64,000 nt of DNA, taken from positions 15,204 to 79,203 of the forward strand of contig CAVQBH010000010.1 in NCBI GenBank assembly GCA_963710685.1, read 5' to 3'. Every line of letters begins with the position of its first letter. Position 1 is the stretch's first letter. Source of the DNA: an uncultured Methanomassiliicoccales archaeon (lineage in GTDB: Archaea; Thermoplasmatota; Thermoplasmata; Methanomassiliicoccales; UBA472). The notes under the pieces were generated by a model that saw only the letters and a list, made by a program, of their open reading frames with translations, did not search any database and had not been told where the DNA came from. Of the stretch, positions 1 through 10,400 are shown in pieces. The translations under genes and the position numbers were made by a program.

Positions 1-1
1 G

Positions 2-550
2 AAGGGGAACAAGATCCCGTTCATCCTCTTTACGTGCAAAGAGCGGCAGGATGTCATCATCGAGGCGCTGAACAACGGAGTGAGCGGTTATCTGCAGAAG
101 GGCGGGAACGTGGTGCCCCAGTACAAGGAGCTGGAACATCTCATTCGGACGCTGGTCCGGCAAAGTCGGGACGAAGAGGCGCTGCGAGAGAGCGAGACAC
201 GCTTCCGGGATCTCGCCGAGATGATACCCACCGCGGTCTTCGAGATCGACCTGAGCGGTAAGCTAACTTTCTTGAACAAATTCGCCCTTGACCTGTTTGG
301 CTACACCCCCAAGGACTTCACCGACGGGATCGAGGCATTCGACGTTCTCATACCAGAGGACCGGGAACGGGCCCTGGGAAATATGCAGGAGATCCTGCAA
401 AAGAATGTCACCGGTTCCCACCCCTACTCTGCCCTGAAAAAGGACGGGACCAGTTTCCCAATCGTCATCACCGCGTCGATCATTCTCCGCCAAGGGCATC
501 CGGTGGGGTTAAGGGGGGTCATCAATCGATCCCAAGGCGTACGACCTTAG
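2..550 (+). CDS. Response-regulator receiver (C-terminal part) + PAS domain protein, 5' end cut by window edge
   Basis: Frame 2 is open from nt 2. Translation KGNKIPFILFTCKERQDVIIEALNNGVSGYLQKGG matches the end of a CheY-like receiver. It is paralogous to the receiver of the 56073..58082 kinase (TPFIIFTAQEREEVVIEALNNGADGYLKKGG). A PAS-like segment follows (FRDLAEMIPTAVFEIDLSGKLTFLN). Stop TAG at 548..550. Confidence 0.75.
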   Translation, partial: KGNKIPFILFTCKERQDVIIEALNNGVSGYLQKGGNVVPQYKELEHLIRTLVRQSRDEEALRESETRFRDLAEMIPTAVFEIDLSGKLTFLNKFALDLFGYTPKDFTDGIEAFDVLIPEDRERALGNMQEILQKNVTGSHPYSALKKDGTSFPIVITASIILRQGHPVGLRGVINRSQGVRP

Positions 551-722
551 CAACTCCGAATCGGTCAGATGACCCGCATCATACTAGAAGATGGTTGTAA
601 GCACGTCATTTTGCGAACTCCATGGAGAATTGAGATCCAGCTCCGTCCTCGATATCATGCATCTCCCTCGCTGGTGTCCATCCCGTGTGTCGATCCATTT
701 CCTTGTGACGGCCAATCACAGA

Positions 723-2135
723 CTAAGGGGCGGGCTTGATGTTCTGGTTCATGTGGAAGAAGTTTGTCGGATCATACTTCTTCTTCAATTCAGCTAGCTT
801 TCTGTACTTCTCTTCCCCGTAGGCAGCCCTTACCCGGTCCTGCCCTTCCTCTCCGAGGAAGTTCAGGTATGCCGCTCCGGTGCTGAACTTCTGCATGGCG
901 TTGAAGAGGTCCCGGCTCCAGCCGATGTTCTTCTCGTCCTCGGACGGATTTTCCCATCCGCAGACGATGTTCATGGCGTATTTCGCGTCCCGGTTGCTGT
1001 ACGCCGTGCTTCCTTCGTCGACCTTCTGGATCATGCCGCCTAGCTGGTGGATGTGGATGGCAGAAATGGGCGAAGTGATCTTTTCGGAGAACTCCAGGAA
1101 GGTATTGATCGTCCCATCATCCAGCTCCTTCAGGTAAGCGGTCTTCCAGTAGTTCCGTATGCCCACGGGGGCAGTGTCGTCCAAGGATGTTTGCAGGAGC
1201 ACATACGGTGTCGGCCCGATCAGGTCCGCCACGGGCCTACCGTACGCCTTGAGAGGCGCAAGAATCCGCGCACCCTCGTCCAAAGGGCCTGCGTAACAGG
1301 CCGCCACGCCCATCATATGGGTTCCGACCAGCTCGCTAGGTATGAACGGCAGGGGAGGGGCGGTCAGGAACGCCATCGCCATCGACAATTCGTCGGGAGC
1401 GTCCTTGGCGAAATCCCGGAAGAACTTCATCAGGCCTTTGGCCTCGCTCGACCGGTGGAAGATCAGGCCGCTCATCACCATCGGTCCCACGGGGTGCAGT
1501 CTGAACTCGAAGGAGCTGACAATGCCAAAGTTGCCCCCGCCTCCGCGCACCCCCCAGAAGAGGTCCTGGTTCTCCTCCATGCTCGCAGTGACCAGCTCTC
1601 CTTCGGCCGTGATCAGATCGACCGAGATCAGATTGTCCAGCGAAAGCCCGTACTTACGCACCAGCCAGCCTATTCCGCCGCCGAGCGTGAAACCGGCCAC
1701 GCCCGTCGAAGAGACAAGGCCGCCGGTGGTGGCCAGCCCGAACGTCTGGGCCTCCAGGTCGAATTCCCTCCAGGTGGCGCCTGGCTCGACGCGCGCCCTC
1801 CGATTGATCGGATCGATCCTCACGCTCCTCATCTTTGAAAGGTCGATCATCATGCCATGGTCGTTGACCGCGTTCCCAGCGACATTGTGGCCCCCTCCCT
1901 TGACCGAGACGACCAGTCCGTGCTGCCGGGCGAACCTCACAGCCTTGATCACGTCACTGGCGCCATGGCAACGTATGATGAGGGCAGGGTGCCTGTCGAT
2001 CATCCCGTTCCATATCTTTCTTGCCTCTTCGTAGCCGTTATCGCCCGGGAGTAGGACCTCACCCCGGGTGGAGCCTTTGAGGTCCTTGGCGATCGATTCT
2101 TCCAGCCCGTTCACTTCGCCGTTCGCATAGACCAT
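723..2135 (-). CDS. FAD-linked oxidase (PCMH-type FAD-binding domain with berberine-bridge-enzyme-like C-terminus)
   Basis: Long ORF 723..2153. FAD-binding motifs VVSVKGGGHNVAGNAV and TTGGLVSSTGVAGFTLGGGIGWL. BBE-like tail YGEEKYRKLAELKKKYDPTNFFHMNQNIKP. The track start is TTG 2153; the first ATG at 2135 (MVYANGE) is used here. Confidence 0.9.
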   Translation of the reverse strand: MVYANGEVNGLEESIAKDLKGSTRGEVLLPGDNGYEEARKIWNGMIDRHPALIIRCHGASDVIKAVRFARQHGLVVSVKGGGHNVAGNAVNDHGMMIDLSKMRSVRIDPINRRARVEPGATWREFDLEAQTFGLATTGGLVSSTGVAGFTLGGGIGWLVRKYGLSLDNLISVDLITAEGELVTASMEENQDLFWGVRGGGGNFGIVSSFEFRLHPVGPMVMSGLIFHRSSEAKGLMKFFRDFAKDAPDELSMAMAFLTAPPLPFIPSELVGTHMMGVAACYAGPLDEGARILAPLKAYGRPVADLIGPTPYVLLQTSLDDTAPVGIRNYWKTAYLKELDDGTINTFLEFSEKITSPISAIHIHQLGGMIQKVDEGSTAYSNRDAKYAMNIVCGWENPSEDEKNIGWSRDLFNAMQKFSTGAAYLNFLGEEGQDRVRAAYGEEKYRKLAELKKKYDPTNFFHMNQNIKPAP

Positions 2136-2330
2136 GGAATTGCACCACGTCAAATCAAGCCATCAGCCTCTATTTATTTCAATCAGAACGGTCAGCTCCG
2201 TTACGACATGATGTGGAGCACTTTCGTTTCCGCCTGAACCAAGAAGCGTCAGGTGCTCGATTTGATCATGTCCTCTCTCACGAGAAGGTCTGGGCGATTT
2301 GGTCCAGGTCGCTGGATGGCAGTAAATTGT

Positions 2331-3116
2331 TCACGACCAGGCCCACCACCGGTCGCCCCGATGGCAAAGACTGACAGGCACCTTGAAAAGTTGGGTGAGG
2401 TTGCTCTCGTTCAAAGCTTCCAGCCCATCGTCCAGGAAAATCCTTCCGTCCTTGACCATTATCACCCGGTCGATCTCCGGAATGATGTCTGAAGGGTCCT
2501 GCGTCACCAGCACCAGTGCCTTTCCTCGACCGACAAGGGCGCGCATCGCCTCCCTCACCAGGTGCTTCCCGGTCAGGTCCAGTCCGTTCATAGGTTCATC
2601 CAGGATCAGTGCTTCCGGCTGGTTCACCAGGGCGCGCGCCATGATCACCCTCCTGGCCTCGCCCATCGACATGACCGAAACGGACCTTCGCGCCAGCCGT
2701 TCCGAACCCACCGATGCCAACGCCTCCCTGGCCTTCCTGGTCATCTCCCTGGTGACGGTCTGGGACCGGTTCGTCCCCAGCGAACCGAAGAACCCGGAAA
2801 CGACCGCCTCGAGCCCGTCCATATCCCGTCTGAAATCGATCTGGACGTCACTGGACACCAATCCGAAGGCGCGGTGCACCTCATGAATGTCCCAGAACTC
2901 GGAGCCCATTATCTTGACGTAGGAGCTCTCATCGGTCGTATCGTGGCGGTACTCGCCAATGAAGGTCTTGATCAGGGATGATTTTCCAGAACCGTTCGGT
3001 CCGAGAATCACCAGTCTCTCTCCACGGTCGATGTGGAGGGTGATCTTCCTCAATATCTCCGAATCACCTTTGGTTATCGTGACCCTGTGCAATTCGATTA
3101 TCGGCTCCGGAGGCAT
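2331..3116 (-). CDS. ABC transporter ATP-binding protein (orphan, ModF/YlmA-like)
   Basis: Walker A GPNGSGKSS, signature-like MSMGEARRV, Walker B LILDEPMNGLD. No permease gene is adjacent. Confidence 0.85.
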   Translation of the reverse strand: MPPEPIIELHRVTITKGDSEILRKITLHIDRGERLVILGPNGSGKSSLIKTFIGEYRHDTTDESSYVKIMGSEFWDIHEVHRAFGLVSSDVQIDFRRDMDGLEAVVSGFFGSLGTNRSQTVTREMTRKAREALASVGSERLARRSVSVMSMGEARRVIMARALVNQPEALILDEPMNGLDLTGKHLVREAMRALVGRGKALVLVTQDPSDIIPEIDRVIMVKDGRIFLDDGLEALNESNLTQLFKVPVSLCHRGDRWWAWS

Positions 3117-3652
3117 ATTCCCTTCAATCCAGTAGGGATATTTCAGGGTGTTGAACGAATCACTTGGTCCTTGTCATGTGATCGTGGGTTCGCCGAGAGA
3201 TCCATGTGCTGAGCGAACCGATCCGCGCATCCGGAAATGGGGAGCAAGAACGTGACCGCACACCGCATCACGTGGGTTATCTTCCAGAAGGTAAAATATC
3301 CAGATCAACAACCTATTTTGCCGGGGCTTTGGGCCTTCCATGGACGCATCCAAGAACCCGTCCTCTGGATCCAAAAAGGATCTCCCTCGGCGTTGGAGGC
3401 ACTGGAATGACACATTTCCATCCCTTGTGAAAGCAGCATTCCGCACATTCGATGGTATCCATAGTAATACCATTAGGCTCTTGCGGCTTAAAACGGTTAT
3501 CTACGATACCAACCAACTATCGGTCCCAATAACGGAACGCGGGTCGATGCCGACATGCGTGACCCGATCATTGTTCTTTCCGAACTCCTGGGCAAATGTC
3601 TGAGGAAGGATCAGAAATGGAGGTCCTTTAGAAATTTTCACTATCCGTCCCC

Positions 3653-4244
3653 CTACAGAATGCCTTGGGCGTTGGTGTCCTTGAGAGTGAAGGTGATATC
3701 CGCCCCCGGACTGAAGCTGTGCGACAGGTAGACAACGTTGGTGTCCAGGCCGATGTATGTGTCGGATGGAGTGATCGAGCCACCATTAACATTTGATTTC
3801 TCAGGAGAGTGGTATTGATATACCCTCTTCTCCCCGAATGCCGTCTGGATTGTCTCGACCGTTGGCGTGGCATTGTTCTTGGATTCACCGAAGGCACAAC
3901 CGATGTGGGGCCAGTACGAGAAATCCCGAGAATCGTTTTCATAAGTGACCGTGCTGTTGTAGAAAATGGTCGATGTATGCATCTTGAAGGTACTGTCTCC
4001 TGACCCGGTGATGTTCCATACCCATATGGTATGCGTAACAGTCTCCGGGGCGTACACTACCTCCATGTCCCAGACAATGTAGTCATTGGCCTTGAGGTCC
4101 GCATGCGGCCCTCCATACGGGCTATTGGTCCCGAAGGAGAACTCGGCAAGGACCATAAATGAACGGTGAGGCGACCAGGGCCGCGACCAGCAGGGAGGGG
4201 ATGACCAATTTGGGCCGAAACCGCGGTCCACGTAATGGTGGCAC
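3653..4244 (-). CDS. Hypothetical exported protein; signal peptide and mature part lie in different frames (apparent frameshift)
   Basis: Track ORF 3653..4231 encodes a beta-rich, N-x-S/T-rich mature part (WNITGSGDSTFKMHTSTIFYNSTVTYENDS) with no signal peptide. A second frame starting at GTG 4244 reads MPPLRGPRFRPKLVIPSLLVAALVASPFIYG, a classic signal/anchor sequence. The two frames meet near 4150..4165. No family recognised. Confidence 0.5.
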
Positions 4245-4593
4245 AGTTACCTCTGTTAGTTGATGGTCGACCTCGGATCGAACCTCCATGACCTTCTCCC
4301 GTTATTACCATTATCAAATGGGTTTTCATAATATTTGTTAAAGTACAACCAAGAGACACGAGTCTTTGAGAATCGAAAGATGTCCACTCGATCAAAGTGG
4401 AAAGGAAGCCGAAAAAAGACATTTGTGACTCGGCCAATGGCAAATTGAAACAAAATGGAAACGACCGAATGAAGGTCCATTGGACCATCCCGGTCATATC
4501 CTTGGCCATGTATTGTCCGCCGCGCGTTTCGGGTGTTTGTCGGCGGACATGAGTGGTCCGGTTGGGATGATGTCCGTTATGAAGGATACGACA

Positions 4594-4962
4594 TCAGACC
4601 GACGCGTGCTGCTTGGTCATCTCCATGAATGCCGATATCTCGATGTCATAGGATGCATCTTGGGTGGTTCCGTCGATCATCTCGATCTTTGCCCTGATGT
4701 TGTTCCTCTCGAACACGATCTGTGCGTTCTTGACGTTCGATTTGTACACGCTGATCCGCTTTCCCGCCTGGGTAAGCTTCCTTTCCGGGCTGAACATAAG
4801 GCCGGACTCCTCGAGCAGCTTGATCTTCCGGTAACAGACTGCGATCGGGATTCCCAGCATCTTGCTGAGCTCATATACGTCCTTCGGTTTCCCCATGGTT
4901 GCCAGGAGTATCTTTCCGCAGTGTTCTTCCGTAAACAGTCTCGACTTTTCTAGTGCGTGCAT
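4594..4962 (-). CDS. Winged-helix (ArsR-like) transcriptional regulator
   Basis: 122-aa ORF with an HTH segment VYELSKMLGIPIAVCYRKIKLLEESGLM. It is divergent from the AcnX gene pair. Confidence 0.7.
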   Translation of the reverse strand: MHALEKSRLFTEEHCGKILLATMGKPKDVYELSKMLGIPIAVCYRKIKLLEESGLMFSPERKLTQAGKRISVYKSNVKNAQIVFERNNIRAKIEMIDGTTQDASYDIEISAFMEMTKQHASV

Positions 4963-5374
4963 TTCTTAACCACCCTTGAGCAAAAGCACGCCGATTTAGG
5001 GTATATAAATCAAATCAGGTTGTTATCAGTATTGATTTCAGTAATCATGCCTGACCAGACATGTTTATGCAAATCATTAGAATCGATTTGTGGAAAGTTT
5101 GCAGATGAGCAAGAGAACGGATATCGCGACCGAGAACCCATCCGTGCTCTCCTGTCATCGAATCACCTAGGTCCCGCATCCGTCATGCTTATCAGCTTAG
5201 ATTTCTGGACGTCGCTGCTTTGATTCATGTTGCTACCACACTGACTCTCTCGGTTGAAAATCCTCAGCAGGAAGGACGGGTCTAGGTCAAGCAGACACCG
5301 ACCGCATTTCATGATGAGCGGATGGTCGATGAATTCACAAACATTTTATCTTACCATACTCCTCGCCCATCATC

Positions 5375-6547
5375 ATGTTCCTGACCAGAGAGGAGGAGTC
5401 GATCCTTGCGGGCGAACAGGGCCGCGGAAGGCAAAGGGCCATGGAGCTCTTGGTCGCGGTCGGCAAGATCTACGGGGCCGAGAAGCTGGTCCCCATAACC
5501 TCGGCGCATCTCTCCGGTGTTTCCTACAAGACCATCGGCGAGGGCGGGATAGGCTTCCTCAAGGAGATGTCGCATGACTGCAAGGTCTCGGTCAAGACCA
5601 CCCTGAACCCGTCCGGAATGGACAGCGAGCGCTGGGAAGAGATGCACGTCCCAGAAGAGTTCGCCCGCAAGCAGCTGGAGATCATCGAGTGCTATGGAAG
5701 GCTGGGGGTGCAGACCACCTGCAGCTGCACGCCTTACCTTTCGGCGAACGTGCCGGAGAAGGGGGACACGATCGCCTGGGCAGAGTCGTCCGCACTTTCC
5801 TACGCCAACTCGGTCATCGGTGCGAGGACCAACCGGGAAGGGGGGCCGGGAGCTCTGGCCGCCTCGATCATCGGGAAGACCCCGCTCTACGGGCTGCATC
5901 TGGACATCAACCGCGTTCCGACCGTGATCATCGAGGCCGAGATGAAGGAGGACCTTCTGGACTACGCGCTCCTCGGCCATGCCATCGGCTCCCGGATCGG
6001 CGGCGCGGTACCGTTCATCAAAGGATTGCATCCGGACACTGACCAGCTCAAGATGATGGCCGCCGCCATGGCCGCCGCCGGTTCGGTGGCGCTGTTCCAT
6101 GTGGAAGGCGTCACGCCAGACAGCGGACTGCAGGACCTTAAGGGCCTGGAGGTCATCAAGGTGGACGCCAAGGAGCTACGTTCATTCAAGGACAAGATCA
6201 CTAGCGGTAGGGGCCCGGACCTAATTGCGCTCGGCTGCCCCCACCTGAGCGATAACGAGGTGAGGCATCTGGCCACGGTGGTCAAGGGCAAGAGGAAAGG
6301 GAAGGACACGGATGTCTGGTTCTGCACCTCCCGGGAGGTAAAGGCCCGATGCCCCAAGGAGGTCGGAGAGCTCGAACGGATCGGCAAGGTGGTCTGCGAC
6401 ACCTGCATGATCGTCACGCCGATCGAAGGGGTCTACAAGTGCACCGCCACCAACTCCTGCAAGGCCTGCAGTTACCTGCCCTCGCTGTGCTCCCAGAAGG
6501 TCGTCTGCGATTCGGCCGAAACACTGCTCGGTTCGGTGATGCAATGA
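5375..6547 (+). CDS. Aconitase-X (DUF521) large/catalytic subunit; in archaea typically phosphomevalonate dehydratase large subunit
   Basis: 390 aa. AcnX hallmarks: MFLTREEESILAGEQG, ITSAHLSGVSY, CSCTPYL, ESSALSYANSVIGARTN, GCPHLS. The stop overlaps the start of the small-subunit gene. Confidence 0.85.
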   Translation: MFLTREEESILAGEQGRGRQRAMELLVAVGKIYGAEKLVPITSAHLSGVSYKTIGEGGIGFLKEMSHDCKVSVKTTLNPSGMDSERWEEMHVPEEFARKQLEIIECYGRLGVQTTCSCTPYLSANVPEKGDTIAWAESSALSYANSVIGARTNREGGPGALAASIIGKTPLYGLHLDINRVPTVIIEAEMKEDLLDYALLGHAIGSRIGGAVPFIKGLHPDTDQLKMMAAAMAAAGSVALFHVEGVTPDSGLQDLKGLEVIKVDAKELRSFKDKITSGRGPDLIALGCPHLSDNEVRHLATVVKGKRKGKDTDVWFCTSREVKARCPKEVGELERIGKVVCDTCMIVTPIEGVYKCTATNSCKACSYLPSLCSQKVVCDSAETLLGSVMQ

Positions 6548-7320
6548 AGGGACGTTCCATTTCGGCGGGCGAGGGGGAGGGCAAGGCGGTCGTCCTCACC
6601 GAGGCATTCAGTTTCCTCGGCGGCGTGGACTCAAAGACCGGGGAGCTATCCGTGGCGACCGGAAAGGCAGGCACGTCGATCAAGAACAAGGTGTTAATAT
6701 TCCCCAAGGGAAGGGGCAGCACGGTCGGGTCGTACACCCTCCTGGACCTGAAGAAGCACGGGAACCAGCCGAGCGCCATCATCAACGGGAAGGCGGAGAC
6801 CATCGTCGCCACCGGGGCGGTCATGGCCGGCGTTCCGATGGTCGACTCGCTGGACATCTCCCTCTTCCGTGACGGGGACGACGTCTTCGTGGACGGCAAC
6901 ACCGGGTCGGTCAGCATCGCCGGGGTCAAGGAGAGCGAGGTCGTCACTAGCATCCTGCGGTGCAGGGAAAGGATACTCATCCTCAAGCGCAGCGACAAGG
7001 TGGGGACGAACCAGGGGAAATGGGCAGGGGTCAGCGGCTACGTCGAGGCCGGTGAAAGCCCGGAACAGACCGCACCCCGGGAAATAAGGGAAGAGCTTTC
7101 CATCGACAAATTCGTCCTGGTGGGAAGGGCGGGCCCGATCACCATACGGGAGACCGGGCACATCTGGACCGTCCATCCGTTCCTGTTCGAGACGGACAGC
7201 GAGCAGGTGACCACGGACTGGGAACACACCGAGCACAAATGGGTCTTGCCTTCGCAGGTCAAGGACTACGACACCGTCGCCGGGTTCCCGAAGCTGCTGG
7301 AAGACCTGAAACTGGTATGA
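6544..7320 (+). CDS. Aconitase-X small (swivel, DUF126) subunit fused to a C-terminal Nudix hydrolase domain
   Basis: ATG 6544 overlaps the upstream TGA (ATGA). The N-terminal ~130 aa are DUF126-like (GEGEGKAVVLTEAFSFLGGVDSKTGEL, FPKGRGSTVGSYTLLDLKKHG, INGKAETIVATGAVMAGVPMVD). The C-terminal ~120 aa carry a Nudix box GYVEAGESPEQTAPREIREELSI. The track ORF start at 6349 is an out-of-context upstream extension. Confidence 0.85.
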   Translation: MKGRSISAGEGEGKAVVLTEAFSFLGGVDSKTGELSVATGKAGTSIKNKVLIFPKGRGSTVGSYTLLDLKKHGNQPSAIINGKAETIVATGAVMAGVPMVDSLDISLFRDGDDVFVDGNTGSVSIAGVKESEVVTSILRCRERILILKRSDKVGTNQGKWAGVSGYVEAGESPEQTAPREIREELSIDKFVLVGRAGPITIRETGHIWTVHPFLFETDSEQVTTDWEHTEHKWVLPSQVKDYDTVAGFPKLLEDLKLV

Positions 7321-7437
7321 ACCTGTCCGAGGCCATATGGCTCAGGATGAGAATTTCGGGACTTCCGTCCCTTATCCTTATTGGCCGAATATTGTAAAAG
7401 AAGGATTCGGGGGCCGTTCGGCCCCCGTAAAGGATTC

Positions 7438-10400
7438 TCACAGCGCTATGTCGACCTCTTTCTCCAGGAGGTTCAACTCGTGCGGGTCCAGCGTGGACGG
7501 ATTAAGCGCCATGATCAGGATGGAGCGGTTGATGGCCACCTGGTCCCGGAGCGACTGGATGAACCGGAGGACGGTCAGGAAGTTGTTGTTGGTGATGAGG
7601 TATTCCAGCCCGTCCAGTAGTATCACCCCCGAGTTGTTCGCCAGGAACTGCTCGAGCGAGTAGCTCAGTTTCTCCAGGTCCTTCGGCCTCAGCGAGTTCT
7701 CCTTCCCGACGTTCGACAGCCAGAGTATCTGGGTGTCGCCCAGGTTGTACTTCGACTTGATCTTCAGGGGATAGTTCCGGGTGACGCAGAAGCCCTTGAG
7801 CCCCTGCGACAGCGCCTTCTCGAAGTAGGCGTAGGCCCGCTCCGATTTGTCCTCCTTGATCAGGTAGGCGAACGAGTGCTCCAGTTCACCCACCGGTTTG
7901 GGCTTGGCCTTATCGTCCTCCTCGTCGTCGACCAGGTCATCCCGGACCGCCGTTCCGCAGCTGGGACACTTGAGCTCATCGGGCATGATGTCGGCACCGC
8001 ATGACTGGCACTTGACCACCGCCTGGAAACCCCGGCCCTGCGCGTAGACCAGCAACCCATCGATGGTCCTGGCGCCCAGTCCGCTCACCTTCGTCAGGTC
8101 CTCCTTTCCGGCGGCCGTGATCTTCTCTATGCTGTCGAATCCGGCATCGTAGAGCATCTCCGCCTTGAGCTTGTTCATCCTGGGGACGCGCATGAGGTAG
8201 GGTATCATGCGTTCCTTCGATGTCCCCTTCCTCGTCTTGGGCCCGCAGGCAGGGCATTTGCCTTCGATATCCAGCGCCCCCCCGCAGGTATCGCACTTCC
8301 GCCCCTCCTCCTTCCGCATCAGGTGGTTGAATATGCGCTTGGCGTCGGACCGGGTCAGACCCTCCATGGCTCCGAGCTTGTCCTCGCCCAGGTTCTTCAG
8401 GTCGTCGACCGAGCAGACCCCCTTCTCCGCCAGGGACATGGCCATCTTCGGCGTCAGTCCGGGGATGCCGGCCAGCTTGGTGACCGCCTCCTTGATGTGG
8501 GTGGAGGCGAGGGCGATCTCCATCTTGTGCCCTTCGACCTCCCAGGTCACGTTGTACGTGCCGACGGGCTCGTCCACGAAGTCCAACTTCTTGGCCCGGG
8601 TCTCGGACATGATGTGCTCCTTCCAGATCTTGAAGTACTCGGTTATCTTGGTCGGGGCGGTCACTTCCACCTTGACGAACTCCTCGACGTCCAGCTTCAT
8701 GTCCTTACGCATCTGTTGGATGCGGCGGATGATCTCCCGGGCGAAGCCTTCCGCCTCGATCTCCGGGGTCACCTGGAAGTCCAGGTAGACCACGCCGCCG
8801 CTGAACTTGGCCTCGATGACCTCGTTAGGCATGGAGGAGGTGAACGAGACCATGTTCGGCTCGATCTTGACCAGCTGTCCCTCGATGCCCAGGGAGTACT
8901 CCCCCTTGTCGATGCTGTCCTTGATCTGCCTGGCCGGCCTGGATTTTAGCAGCACCGCGATCTTGGAGGACCATTGCCGGTAGACCTTGCCGATGGCGTG
9001 GGGGTTCGGGATGACGTTCAATATCGTCTCCTCCCATTCCTGGCCCGGTTTCACGTACTGCACCGATTTGGTGTTCGACTGGGACAGCAGGATGTCGTCC
9101 AGCGCCATGATGGAGTCCATCGCCTCCTGCGTGGACGCCTTGATGATGATGCGCTTCATCGGCCACCGCAGCTTGACGTTGCGGGTCTGCCTCTCCCGGG
9201 TGATTATCTCCACCAGTTCGGCGCATTCCTTCATCGACGTTTCGAGGCGCTCGTCGACCTTGGTGAGGTCGGCCGACGGCCAGTCCAGCATGTGGACCGA
9301 ACCTTTGGTCCCGTCCAGGTGCTGGTACACATCTTCGGTGATGTGGGGGCAGAACGGTGCCAGGAGCAGGTTCGTGGCCATTACCGAATCGAAGAGGACC
9401 TTGTAGGCGGCCAGCTTGTCCAGGTCGCCCTCCTCCTTCCACATCCGATCCCGGATCAGTCGGACGTACCAGCGGGACAGGTCGTCCAGGACGAACTCCT
9501 CGATGGCGCGGCAGGCTTTGTGCAGGTCATAGGTGTTGATGTTGCGGGTGACCTCGTGCTTCAGCTTCTCGGTCTTGGAGATCAGCCACAGGTCCTCGGA
9601 GCGCAGATGGCCCTTGAGCCGGTCGTAGTCCACCAGGTTGGGGTCGAACTTGTCTATGGCCATATACTGGGTGGCGAAGTTGACCACGTTCCAGAAGACG
9701 TTGAGCATCTTCCTGGCGTTCTTCACCCCCTCCGTCTGGAAAGCGATGTCCTCCCAGGGGGCGGACGAACGCAGCATGTAGAACCGGAGCGCGTCCGCGC
9801 CGTACTCGGCAATGACCTTGGCCGGCTCGATGACGTTGCCCTTGCTCTTGGACATCGGCTGTCCCGACGGGTCCAGCATCCATCCGTGCATGAGCACGCT
9901 CTCGTACGGTGCCCGTCCGAACGCGATGCATCCGGCGGCCAGCTGGGAATAGAACCAGCCCCTCGTCTGGTCCTGCGCCTCGGTGATCCAGCGGCCCGGC
10001 CACCAGCGGTCGAACTCGGTACGCTTGCTCGGGAACCCGAGCTGGGCCCAGGAGGCCACGGCGGAGTCGAACCAGACATCGAGAACGTCGGGCACCCGTT
10101 TCATGGTCTTTCCGCAGCGGGGGCATTCGCAGGTGACCGCATCGATCCACGGCCGGTGCAGCTCCATGTCCTTCCGGTAGCCGTCCAGTTTCTCCAGTTC
10201 GGCGATCGAACCGACGACCTTCATCTCGCCGCAGGAGGCGCAGGTCCACACCGGGATAGGTATCCCCCAGTATCTCTGACGCGAGATGCACCAGTCCCGG
10301 GCGTTGAGGACCCAGTCGTACATGCGCGAGGAACCGGCCCAATCGGGGGTCCAGCGTATCCTTTCCACCTCCTCGAGCATCACGTTCTTGATCGCGGTGA

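Noticed and set aside
548-740. Possible read-through of the TAG ending the first (receiver-PAS) gene, because the frame stays open for ~60 more codons.
   Set aside because: The downstream translation (QLRIGQMTRIILEDGCKHVILRTPWRIEIQLRPRYH...) is not PAS-like, and it overlaps the 3' end of the convergent FAD-oxidase gene.
3117-3652. Gap containing ORFs 3174..3473, 3313..3516 and 3340..3603.
   Set aside because: None has recognisable motifs or sensible composition. A Cys-rich piece (MDTIECAECCFHKGWKC) is too short and isolated. The region is left unannotated and could be another disrupted gene.
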